Assembly (NCBI GenBank): GCA_050273025.1 | Contig: CP158635.1 | Span: forward strand, 2,294,001-2,358,000 | Length of the DNA: 64,000 nt | Direction of reading: 5' to 3' | Source: Cenococcum geophilum | Taxonomy: Eukaryota | In this document: positions 1 through 11,589 of the stretch, piece after piece | Layout of the letters: each line of letters opens with the position of its first letter | How positions within the stretch are numbered: position 1 is the stretch's first letter | Notes under the pieces: generated by a model | The model's input: the letters and a program-made list of their open reading frames with translations, nothing else | Database searches by the model: none | Told to the model about the DNA's origin: nothing | Program-made: the position numbers and the translations under genes

Positions 1-2668
1 TAGCGCTTCTCCTTAGAGGTCGTCTTAATAAAGGACTGTTTAATGGATATAGGGATAAGGGATATGCGATAAAGGTAGTTATAATAGCCGAGAAACTGCT
101 ACTAGGTAATACTAAGGACGACTTAGGCAAAGTATAGGACCAGCAGGACAATAACAAAGAGACTAAAAGCAGAAGATAACCCTAAGAAGGTTCTTAAGCT
201 AGAAGAAGATTAAGGATATATAAGCGTATAGCCAGTAATAAGAGCAAAGAAGCAGCTATAAAGGATATCTAAAAAAGCACCAGGCCTGCAAAAATAGTCT
301 ACTAGAAGCTGCCGCTTATACTTATAAGGAAGTCTTAAGATAGGTCTCTAGATTGGACGTCTAGTAGATACTAAGAGCCTTAATTAACTACGGATGCAGA
401 GCTCTAATTAATTAACTACATGGATACAAAGCTTTAATAGAATAACTACATAGCTAGAGTCTTAATCGATTATCCGTAGATATAAAGCCTACGGATATAA
501 AACCCAGGTCATACATACAGCAAAAGATACCTTAAGTTAAGCCAGGGCCTTATCAAATCCTAATTAGTCAAACGCCGCCTGTACAAGTCAAGTCGTCAAA
601 TTAGAGCCTTCAGTCAGGCCGACCTAATACCCTATTTAAACGTCCATCAATTATACGTTATCACCGTTAGTTAGGTCAGTCACTATCGCCCTCAGACGTC
701 TTCAATTAGTAGTTAAAGATCCTACAATAGCAGATAGACAGAAGTACAGCTAATTAACGTCCTAAAGCCTCTACGAGAGCCTCTCCCTTTAACCCCCCTT
801 ATCAATCAATTGCTGCCCGTCTCGACGCCCACGGATTAGTTAACCAAAACGATCTTTCCTGTAGATATAAATACGGAGCTTTACACGGAGTCTTACACGG
901 AGTCGTATATAGACCCTATAGATATAGAGCATACAGGTGCAGAGCCTTAATTAGATAACAGTACGGCAGCTTAACTAGACGCCTATAAATGCGAAGCCTT
1001 AATTAAACGGTAAATACGGAACCTTAACTAATCGGACGTCTATATAGAAGCTTTAATCAACTATCTACGGATACAAAGCCCCAGTTGTATATACAGTAGA
1101 AGACACCTTAAGTCAAGCCAGGGCCTTATTAAGTCTAGATCAGCTAAACGCTATCTCCGCATTTAAATCAGGACAATCAGGGCCTTTAACCGGGCCGACT
1201 TTTTACCTTAATCAAACAACCAAACGATCAGTTACAGCACGTCGTCGCCGACCAATTAGACAGTCTTCGGCCAGCAGTTAAGGCAGCCATATATATATAC
1301 ACGCATACACACAAACACGGACGTAGACATAGACGCAGATACAGACGCAGAATATACAATGCAGAGCTACTAATACGCAGCTAGATGTACAGCTAGATAT
1401 ACTGCCCGACGCACAGTCAGACGCACAGTCAAATACAGAGCTATGCGGACGTAAAGCTTAACAATATAGGGCCTAATGCAATGCCACGGATAGAGCCTTA
1501 ATTAAGAGCCGTATATAATACAGACCGATACAGAGCTAGATATAAAGTCTTAATATCAAGCAACCAGCCGAATAATCAAGTCGGGGTATAGCCTCCGCCG
1601 TCTTAATCAACTGCCCTACTACCGCCGCCATTACTACTACTATTCCGTCCGACTATTCTATCCCTCCTATGTCAACCAATTGCTCTATCTCTACTATTCT
1701 AGATCTATACCGTTGCTAAATATATTTTACTGCTAAATCTACCGGATCTGCTATATCGTCCAACTATTCTAACCGACCTGTTCTAGGCCTAATGCTATTT
1801 TAGCTATTCTACTGTTGCTCTCCCAACCACCAGACCCTACCGTTTCGATCGCCCTACCGCCGCTATTCCGACTAGCCGCCTCTAGCCAACTACTATCGAC
1901 CACTGCCATTAACCGTTCTGTCACTACTGCTACTGCTACTACTACTACTACTATATCAACCAACTGCTATCAACCGTCTACTGCTACCGAGATTTCTACT
2001 ACTAAAAGTTCTGCTACTAAATGTCCTGCTACTTACCAGCTATTACCGAGTTCTTCTACCAAGTATTCTACCGCCAACTATTCTATCTTATTTTACCGCG
2101 CTACCTATCTACTTTTATTACTATTTATACCACCATTACTATTACTGCCGTTACTGGCTTACTGCTACCGTTATTTCTGGTTTACTGCTATCCTAGTTGC
2201 TACTAGTAGGAAGATCGGATCTTAGCTATAGGTAACGGAAGGACACCATAGAACAGTTCTATAGGAAGGCTAAGGATATAGTTACCCGCGTTCGTTTAGG
2301 AATATACTTTCCTTTATCTATTCTGCTTTTACTATACTCTCGTTTTACTATTCTTCTATATTATAAAATGTTAGGGGACAACGTTCTTAGTAGGGGAGGT
2401 ATATAGTAGTGTAGATTGGACGTCGCCTACTATCTTGGCATTTTCCTATATTTATAGAGCCTTCGGCTTCCTTCCTTCTTCCCTCAATTATACATATATA
2501 TCACGACTCTACCAGTTACTGGAAATACACTCTTTTCTTTCTTTCTTACTAACTGTTCTACTAACTAATTATAACTAACCGACTGATTGACTAACCGACT
2601 GACAGACAGACAGACTAACTGACGGCACTGTGACTTTTCCTATCTTAGAGAGGTCGTACCCTCCTACA
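1..2668 (+). mobile_element. 3' portion of an LTR retroelement: long repetitive non-pol region, PPT and 3' LTR
   Basis: Purine tract (tagtaggggaggtatatagtag, ~2388-2409) immediately precedes a TGTAG...CTACA-bounded segment. It abuts and truncates the integrase of the Gypsy that follows. Confidence 0.65.
2410..2668 (+). repeat. LTR (259 bp)
   Basis: Starts tgtagattgg, ends ccctcctaca (TG..CA, 5-bp terminal inverted repeat); internal gact/gaca microsatellite. Confidence 0.8.
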
Positions 2669-5600
2669 GTAGGTTTAATTTAAACGTAACTAGTAAAATC
2701 CTTTACTTAATTTTAAAAGGTCCTAGTCTAATATAGTTTAACTTCTCACTTAGTCGTCGACTCTTAAAATTTTTATATAGTAGCTACACTTTATCTCCCT
2801 TCTTAAGATCTAGTCCCTTAGATCTCTTAGCGTTATAGTACTTTTTTATTCTTTCTTATATTTTCTTCGCTAACTCTATAAGGTCTATATAAAGATTTAT
2901 TAGTGTCTTTATTCTTTCTTTAGCTATATTACTTATTTTCTTCACTTAATATAGCAATAATAATATTCTTAGCTTATATCCGTAATTTGCCTTAAATAGT
3001 AATATACCTATACCTTCCTATAGTATTATATTATATATAAACTATATAACTAGTAATAATAATACCCAATTATTCTATGCGTGATTAATGTAGTGTCTTA
3101 GATACTACTCTAGTATTTAATTTAGTTTTTCCATTTAACTGTCTGTCTATAGATAATATATAATAGAGGTTGCTGCTCTAACTCCTTATTCCGCTAAAAA
3201 ATACCTCCTAAAATACTACTATAAATCTTAAATCTCTATCTAATATAATCTTACTTAGTGCTCTATATTTTATAAATACTTCCTTAATATAAATTTTAGC
3301 GACATCTTCTACTAATATCTCTTCTGTATATGCTATAAAGTATCCCTACTTTATAAGCTTGTCTACTATTACTAAAATCGCGTTATAATCTTATCCAGTA
3401 ATAGGGTCTTTTAACTTTAGTAACTTAATAATAAAGTCCTATAATATAACCTCCTATAGTCTTTCTGGTATTTTAATAGGTTATAGCCCTCTATATAGCT
3501 TATACCTTATTAGTTTATTTTTCTAGCAATCTAAATATTCTTTAGTGACTTTCCGTGCTAAGACCTAGATTCTATTAATAATGTACTCCTTTTAGAGTCT
3601 TAATACTAAGCCTATGGCTCCGTTATATCCTTAAGTTAATCCCTTATAGAAATCTTCTATAAAGTGTTCTACTATGCTTCTTAGGATATATTTTACCTTT
3701 TAGTTTTTATATATATCTATCTATAGATCTTCTAGCTATATCTTTAGAATTTTCTATACCTAAAAGCTTTTTAGTAACTTATAAACTCTATCTAGTTCTT
3801 CTTAAGTTGCTATCATTTTTAGATAATTATACCTAATTAACCTATCTGTGTCCTTTTACAGTAAAGCCCCTAATAGCCTTTTATTATTTTGTAGTTTAGC
3901 TTTTTAACTTAGAGCGTCTGCTCGTGTATTATCTATGCCCTTAGTATACTAAATCTTAAAATAGTATTCTATAAGTATTTCTGCCTATCTAACCTATCTT
4001 TAGTTAAGTTCTTTTATTATTAGGAATCCTATTAGGTTCTTATAATCCGTTTTAACTATAAATAGTTTTTTTTATACCTTATAAGAATGCTCTTTATTTC
4101 TTTAGTGCTATAACTATACCTAATAACTCCTTATTATAGATGTTATAGTTTAACTCTAGTAGTATTATCTTCTAACTATAATATGCTACTAGGTACTATT
4201 TATCTATAAGAGGCCAGCCTAACTAGAACGTATAATTATCTAATTAACAGTGTCACCGGTAAGTAGAAGGTAAGTCAAAGGTACGTTAAAGGTAAGTAGA
4301 AGGTAGAATGAGTTTTTACGTATTAAAGGACAAATGCTTCTAACTACTTCTATTTAGAGACTAGTCGCTAGTTCTTCTCTAGAGGGGAACCAGCTTCCTA
4401 TATATTCCTTCCAAAACGCTAGTAAAACCTTTCGCCCCTAACCTGTCTAACTCTGTTTTCTAGAACATAGATGGGACATAGATAAAACCTCCTACCATCT
4501 TATCGGATATGTACCTCCCAGGGGATTCCGTTATATTATCTTAATACTTTTATATAAAGCACGCCCCTAGTATAAAGTCTAATATATTTATTTCTATAAC
4601 CGTTTCTAGTTCTAGTTAATAAATCTTAAGAACTAGCTCCTAGGTAAATAACTCTTTAACTTTTTTAAATAATTCTCACTATTCCTTTCCCTATATCTAT
4701 AGTTCTTCTTTCTTTATTAATTGCGTAAATAGCTTAATATTTTTTTAACTATTGCGCTATAAACCTTCTGTAGTAATTGCAAAACCCTAGGAATAATCTT
4801 AACTATATAACGTTCTCTAGTTCTTACTAATTTACTATAGCCTTAATCTTCTTTAGATCTATGCTAAGTTAGCCTAATTTAATAATAAATCCTACAAAAT
4901 CAGTTTTCCTGGTAAAGAACTCGCATTTCTTAATTACTACTAGTATCTATTCTTTCTGTAGTCTCTTTAAGACCTATTTAACGTGTTCTCTATATTCTTC
5001 CTTAGTTATTAAGTAGATAATAATATCGTTAAGGTATACTATAACGAATTCATCTAAGTATTCTCCTAATATATTATTAATACGCTTTTAGAACATTGCT
5101 AATGCGTTTATAAGCCCGAATTGTATAACTAATAGTTTATATAGTCCTTCCTTTAATCTAAAGGCTGCCTTCTATTTATCACCTTCCTTAATTTTAATTT
5201 AATAGTACGCCTATCTTAGATCTATCTTCGTAAAGATTTACGCGTTGCCTATCCTATCTTAGATTTTGCTAATTAAGGGTAAAGGATACCTATCCTTTCT
5301 AGTAATGCTGTTTAACTATTTATAGTTAATATACAGTCTTAGTTTGCTATTCTTCTTTAGTATAAATAGTACTGGATAACCTGCTAATAACTGCAATAGT
5401 CTAATATATCTTTTTTATAGGATTTCCTAGATAAACTCTTTTAGTGCTTTGCCTTCTTCTTTAGTAAGCTTATAGATTAGAAAGAACCTTAGACTTATTC
5501 CCAGTTCTAATTCTATTTTATAGTCCTATACTATATACTTTAATAGCTTCTTACTCTCTGGTAACTATAGTTTTTTGCTATACTTATAATATCTTTTTAG

Positions 5601-6060
5601 TATATAACTTAATCCTTTTTCCGTTTCCTTATAGGTTGCTCCTACTTAGTACTATACTAACTTAGCTTATTGTTATATCTTATATTATTAAGTATCTCTA
5701 ATATTAACCTAACCCGTACTCTAATTAATTTTTAGATTATATTCTTATAACTAAGGTATTTCTAGTACTGCCTTATTATTCCCTAATAGTAATATGTTAA
5801 AAGACAGCTTAATTTATTTCCCTTTAATGGTTAACTAAATAGGTCCTATTTTAAGATTAATAATACCTCCTCCGTAGGCTATTAGATCTCCTAAAATTAT
5901 TACTAATAGGTAAGGGTGCTCCTTCTTTCTATATAGTAACCCTATTTTTTTAACTGCTATTAGTAAAATATAGTTCCTTATTACTCCACTATTTATTAAT
6001 GCTTTAAATTGCTAATCTTACTACTTAACTTATAGGTTTAGGTGTTGTTCTTAAATTCCT
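2669..6060 (-). pseudogene. pol: Gypsy pol (protease, RT, RNase H, integrase), RIP-inactivated
   Basis: Recognisable RT, RNase H and integrase motifs with many TAA/TAG at Q/W codons. Confidence 0.88.
4205..4535. mobile_element. Solo LTR (331 bp) inserted in Gypsy RNase H
   Basis: tataag(=tgtaag)...ccgttata(=ttaca) flanked by 5-bp TSD ttatc (4200-4204, 4536-4540). Removal restores the frame KY*DK*YLVAYYS. Confidence 0.85.
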
Positions 6061-6069
6061 TTAAGGGTT

Positions 6070-8928
6070 TAAGGCTCTACTACTGGTTCCCTCTAGTCCT
6101 ATAGGCCTTTACTTTTCCCAACTATTAGCTACTTAATTTTATTTATACTTAGTCTATCTTTAGCTAATACTTAGCTTGCTTTTTATTTTTGATATACTAT
6201 AGATATATATTCTCTAGGCATTCCTACTACTATTATCCGTCTAGGTATTCTTCCATAAGAAATCTTCCTAGCTAAAGTATTAAGTCCCCTTAGCTTTATA
6301 CTTCTACTAGGTGCTAATTATATATATATATTTAGCGTTTCTATACTTTACCTCATCCGGTGCCTAATATATCCTTACTAAGTACTTCTAGTTCTTATCT
6401 TTAGGTACTCTATATATATTATACGTATTATCTATATATGCAATCTATCCTAATATATAATATACTTAGTGTCTTAGGTTAACTCTTAGCTCGTCTTTAT
6501 CCTTAAGTTTAAACCTTTCTTATATTAATTTAAGCATCGCAACTTTGTTCGCAGGTACTAAGATTTGCCTTTTACTTCTCTAGTCCTCTAATTACTCCTC
6601 TAGATCTTTTAACGTTATAATTAAGGCTCCTTTAATATAACTTATAGCCTTTTCTATAATTAGGTGGTCTTAGATAACTTTTTTATCTAACTATATATAG
6701 AAATCTTCCTATTTATTATTATATCGCTATCTATACCACTTTTAGTATAATTCTTTAAGTGTGTATGGCTTGTCCGTAAGGAAGTATCTTCTTATTACTG
6801 CATTATAATAGCCTTTTATATATCGTTCTTTAAACCTAGTTAGAATCCCTAAATCCTCTTCTTATTCCAATTTAGTAAGCCACTTAGCTCTTAGTGTGCC
6901 TACTCTAGGCCTATTAGTAATTCTTTATATAGGTGCTCTGTCCCTTATATGTCCTAGTGTACTAAATCTCTTATTTAGTTTCTATTTTTGCTATAAGGCA
7001 ATTCTTGCTCTAAATTCCTTTATAGTTTCTTTCCTTTTGCGTCTTATAAGTAGATCCTTAAAGTCTTCTTACTTTTTAATCTTATTAATAGTCCTTATTT
7101 ATATCTTAAAGTCTTAGTCCTATAGGATTCTTAATTCTAAGCTTGCTTCTATTTTAAGCTTTACTCCTACCTTAGTCTAATTAGGCTTAGGTGTTCTTAT
7201 CTTATCTTAAGAGTCTTATATCTATAGAAAACTCTATCCCAAGCTTATTTATATATCTTTAAACTAAGCTATTACTCTACTCCATCGGTTTCTATCCGTT
7301 GTAGGTCCTTAAGCTAGCCTTATCTTGTCTTAAGAATCTTGGTTATCTCTTATCTCATCTTAAGATTCTTAAGCTTTTGGCCTTTTGCCTTTATTAAGTA
7401 ATAAATTAGCACTAGTAGTTGTCTGCTTGCTTAATCTTTATAAAACACTCTTCCTTTTATCTTATAAAGTGATAGATACCGTATCTAATAGTGTTATAAT
7501 ACCCATTACTAAACCTTACTCTATAGCGGTCTTAGTCTCTACTTCTAATATAACTTCTTTAAGGTTTATACGCTTCTAGTAAGCTACTCTTATTGCCTTG
7601 TTATCTATAAATGTTTTGCCTATATTAAACTTATTATCTTTAATATTTAATCTACGTAATGGTTTATTAGGTCCCCTATATTTTAAGGATTTTAGCTCCT
7701 ATAGCTAATAGCTTACGCTATACTTAGCGTCTTTATAAATTTGGTATGCGTTATTATAATAAAACGCGAAACTTCTAATTAAACACTCTTTTATTTCTTA
7801 TAGTATACTATTATCCCTCTATATATATATATCTTCTACTAGTCTAGTTCCCTTTATTATATAATAACTCTAACTATCTTTATAATCCCTTACGAAGTAA
7901 CCTTATTTCCTATAATTTATATAAGCACCGTCTTTAAACTACTAACTTTACTATAGAGTCCGCCTAAACGTCTTCAACTACTAAGATCCCTGGTTTAGCC
8001 TTTACTCCTTAGTCCTATAATTACTAGATCCTTAACCTTTAGGTTTTTATAGTTTCTTACTCTATCTTTTATAGGCTTCTTTAGTACCGCTTAGGTCTAT
8101 TAGCTTTGCGCTATACTATAATTTCTAATTTAGCTTTAGTTATTGCGTACTTTATATTTTATATAACTATAGAACTCTATCCTAACCTCTCTTAGCCTGT
8201 TCCCTTTAGTAGATCCAATTATTAATCTTAATTGCTTAATCTATTAACTCCTATAGGGTATCCGCATCTTCTATTAGAATAATTACGTCCTAGACTTTAG
8301 CCTTAAGTCCTTGTTTATACTATACTATAAGCGCCTTATTATTCCACTTAACTTATATAGCTAACGTTTAGAACTACGTTATATACTTAATTACTAAGGT
8401 TTATTACGTAATATCTTAGAGTTTTCTTTTTACTATAGTTACTGCCTCTGGGTCTCTAAATATTTATATAAGTTACTTCGTAAACCCTTCCTAGCTTAAG
8501 AATATAAATCGTACCTCCTAATTAGTGGTCGTTATTCCGTTTACCTATATTTCCGTAAGGTAAGGCTTAAACTACTTAAGTACCCTTTTTAATAGGAATA
8601 GTCCCATATATGCTATTTAATCTATAAGTATTAGCAGCTTTACTCCTTCCTATATAACCTTAAAGTGTATCTATATAAGGAATTCTTTAAGCTTTAATCT
8701 TTCTTCTAAGTACCTCTTAATTAATAGTAACTTAATCTTTACTGCTCTTATCCTATTAACCCTTTTTTCTAGCGCCATATTATTTATTATTAATTAGTTA
8801 ATTATCTCTTATAACTATCTAACTGTTATAGATTGCTATAAGTTAGTATCTATTATACTAGTGTCGCCTCCTAACCTTAAAGTAGTTGCCGCCGTTAATG
8901 GCATTATAGTAGCTGCTTTTATTAGCAT
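6070..8928 (-). pseudogene. gag: Gypsy gag with long C-terminal extension
   Basis: ATG near 8928, capsid-like region, CCHC remnant ~7900, then ~1.8 kb more sequence before the protease. Confidence 0.75.
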
Positions 8929-8973
8929 ATTATTTAACTTTCTATATTTAATACCGTAACTAGGTAGTAATTA

Positions 8974-9380
8974 TATAATAGAACCTTATAGCAGGTGCTA
9001 CAGTAGGCTTATTAATAGGCTAGGTATATAGGTAATGCAAATTAAAGTTAATAACGTAATAATAACTGGTGGAGTAGTTACCTAATAGATTAACTTTAAT
9101 TGTATTTTAAGAATTACTATAAGGAAGGAACTAAGGGTCCTTAAATATATAACTATACTCCTATAAATCCTTTTTGTACGTAATGTATATATTATATATA
9201 TTATACGTATATTCCCTTTATATACTGCGTATACTGTATATAATGTTATATAACCTTAGCTACCATTTCTCGTTATATAGCTCTATCGGCTCTATTTTAG
9301 ACTATACTTAAATTAACTAACTAGCTTCTTCTAACTCTTTACTAAGTAGTTATAATATTGTACTTAAAGCGTCCGTAATA
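8974..9380 (-). repeat. 5' LTR of the Gypsy element
   Basis: tataatagaacc...gtccgtaata; aligns along its length with the solo LTR at 31288-31713. Confidence 0.88.
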
Positions 9381-11570
9381 TTATTAGCTTATTTAGCGTA
9401 ACTATATTAGCTAGTAAGCTTTTTACCTATATTGTAAACCTCTAGTACTCCTTATAGCTAAAAAGGGAGTCCTTTTATAGGGGGTAGAGCGGGAACTGCT
9501 TATATAAGATTACTAAGTCCTATAATAGGATTACCCTAAATATATAAAGGAGGCGTAGAAATCCTAAGCCTATAAGGTTAAGCCGTATAACCTTATTATC
9601 GGCTCTATTTAGATAGTAGGTCTCTATATATTTTAGCTAAATATTAGTCTTAGGCTATATCTTTAAATAGAGGGCCTTCTTTAATACCTCCCACGCGTGG
9701 GGAAAAAAGTAGCCCTTTTCTTCCTTTAGGAAGCTAGCGATTAACCGTATAAATATATAAGGTAGGTAGCTAAGGTAGGCTCCTATTATTACGTCTATAT
9801 TCTAATATCTAGGCTATTTAATTTAGGTCTTCTTAATATTACTAAGCTTAGTATACCAGACGCTCTACTTATAGGCGCTATAGGTCTTCTCTTTTAAGTA
9901 AATCCCTACTCCCTAAAATATCTTCTTATTTTATTTAAACTACGTATAATAGCTTAACGGCCGTTACGGTACTTTAATACTACTAGGGAAGATATATAGG
10001 TTATAGTAGTCCTCTAGCTACTAAAAGGATAAAAAACTCTTAACACCGTTTTTACCCTAGTAGTTAAAGAAGTAGAAGGCTATTATAGAGAGATAGTAGA
10101 GAATAGGGTTAGCGTTTTATATATAGCTTATATACTTAACCTTACTATACTAGTTTTACTTCCTTTATATTATTAATATAATTATATATAGCGCTAGCTT
10201 ATCTAGCTTAGGCCCTTTATTCTTTAGTTTAATAAGGATAAAGTTAATAAGCTAAACGTCCTATCTATTCTTACCTTAGGTAATAGTATTATAGCCTAAA
10301 AAACGGGTTAAAAAACAGCAGCTATATAGACCGGATAAAGTATATAGTAGTAGTAATATATAAACCTAACAAATACTTAGCTATAGTTTAATAGTAAGAC
10401 TTAACTAAACCTAGTATCTTAGAGCCCGTCTTCTAGCACTAAGTAATCGCCCTTTTAAGCCCTTTAATGTTATAGCCGCTAGTAATTATAAATAGGCCTT
10501 AGTTAATAAAGTTAACGCGTTAAATCTAGTCCTTATTATAGTAGACGCTATCTAGTATTACTAAGAGCTTTGCCCCCTATAGCGGCTGTAAGGCCTTACC
10601 TTCTAATTACTATCTATAAAGCCTAGTAATAGCGGAGATATAGCTATTTATAACTAAGTATTAGACTATCTCGTTAAATAGGGCGTCTAGGGCCTCCTTA
10701 TCCTATATCTCTTCCTCGTCCTTTATAGCTTCCTCTGCGGCTACTACTACCCCTATAGCTACCTTCCCCCTTAGCTACCCTTTTACCATCTTCTACTTCT
10801 TCTTTACTTACTTACTATCATTTTATATCATTTTATATTTTAACTTCCGTTTTTAATAGCTAGCGGCCTATAATTCTTAGTTAATAACTTACTACTCTAG
10901 AAATAGGTAAAGCTTATTTTCCGTTACCTAGGCGCTATTTATATTACCTTCTAGTTTTATATACTAGTTTTCCTACTTTTTCTACTTCGGCTTATACGCC
11001 CTTATAGTATTCTTTAAACGCTAGGCCTTATAAATATTGTATAGCCGCGCTATTTAGGCCTTAAATTCGCTCTAGAGGCTATAAGGGGGGAAGGCTAGGG
11101 GGGCTTTCTTTAACTATAAAGTGGACTATAGGGTAAGAAGATTCTTAAGAGACTCTATATCTATAAAAGGTAAGGGGGAAGACGCGTAAGCGTAGTATAG
11201 GTAAATAGAGTTACTAAACGCGTAAATATTAAAGGAGAAGGGAGAAGAGGGCTCTATATTATAGAATTAGAATTATAGTAGGCCTTTCTATATAAAATTA
11301 GAAGCCCCGCGTAAGCTAGAACCTAACGCGGGTATAAAAACAAAAGGGTTAGAAAATGGGATTATTGAGGCAACGATAAGGTTAAGGGCGCGCGCTAAGA
11401 ACCTCTATACTAACCCAGTACTAACCTAGGCCTTAAAAACGCGTCCAAAAAGTAGGGGCCACCACCAAAGGGGGGGGTAATATTTGGACGATATGTCGCG
11501 GACCTTAGGGGGTTGTGCGTAACCTAAGGTTATGCCAAGCCTAACCCGAACATTTAATACTAATAGTATC
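9381..11570 (-). mobile_element. Crypton (tyrosine recombinase, NDC10_II-like) relic A, 3'-truncated by the Gypsy LTR
   Basis: De-RIP translation R.KNT.RAY.PKQKEW..W...VTEDKL.LFL, GKT..HGK.EY, KTHSARK, GRWN...MTGAYL, LRVILLQDS...FP.HPL. Upstream boundary approximate. Confidence 0.8.
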
Positions 11571-11589
11571 TCCACAGGTACATTTGTAT

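Larger units (their letters stand above)
2669..9380 (-). mobile_element. Ty3/Gypsy LTR retrotransposon, RIP-degraded, 3' end interrupted by the LTR element at 2668
   Basis: Minus strand order gag-PR-RT-RH-IN. Gag KIKL..I.RY..ERLKLK.FL; knuckle remnant ~7880-7930; RNase H YLVAYYS*K..ELNYNIYNKELL; integrase C-term GDKV*LLYKNFKSRRLSEKLNYIRLGPF; 5' LTR at 8974-9380. Confidence 0.93.

Noticed and set aside
1769..2225. Thr/Ser-rich and hydrophobic ORFs
   Set aside because: Low-complexity repeat inside an LTR element; no recognisable domain.
6896..7579. Short Leu/Ile-rich plus-strand ORFs (also 26375, 41001, 43481)
   Set aside because: Antisense by-products of RIP-mutated TE coding sequence.
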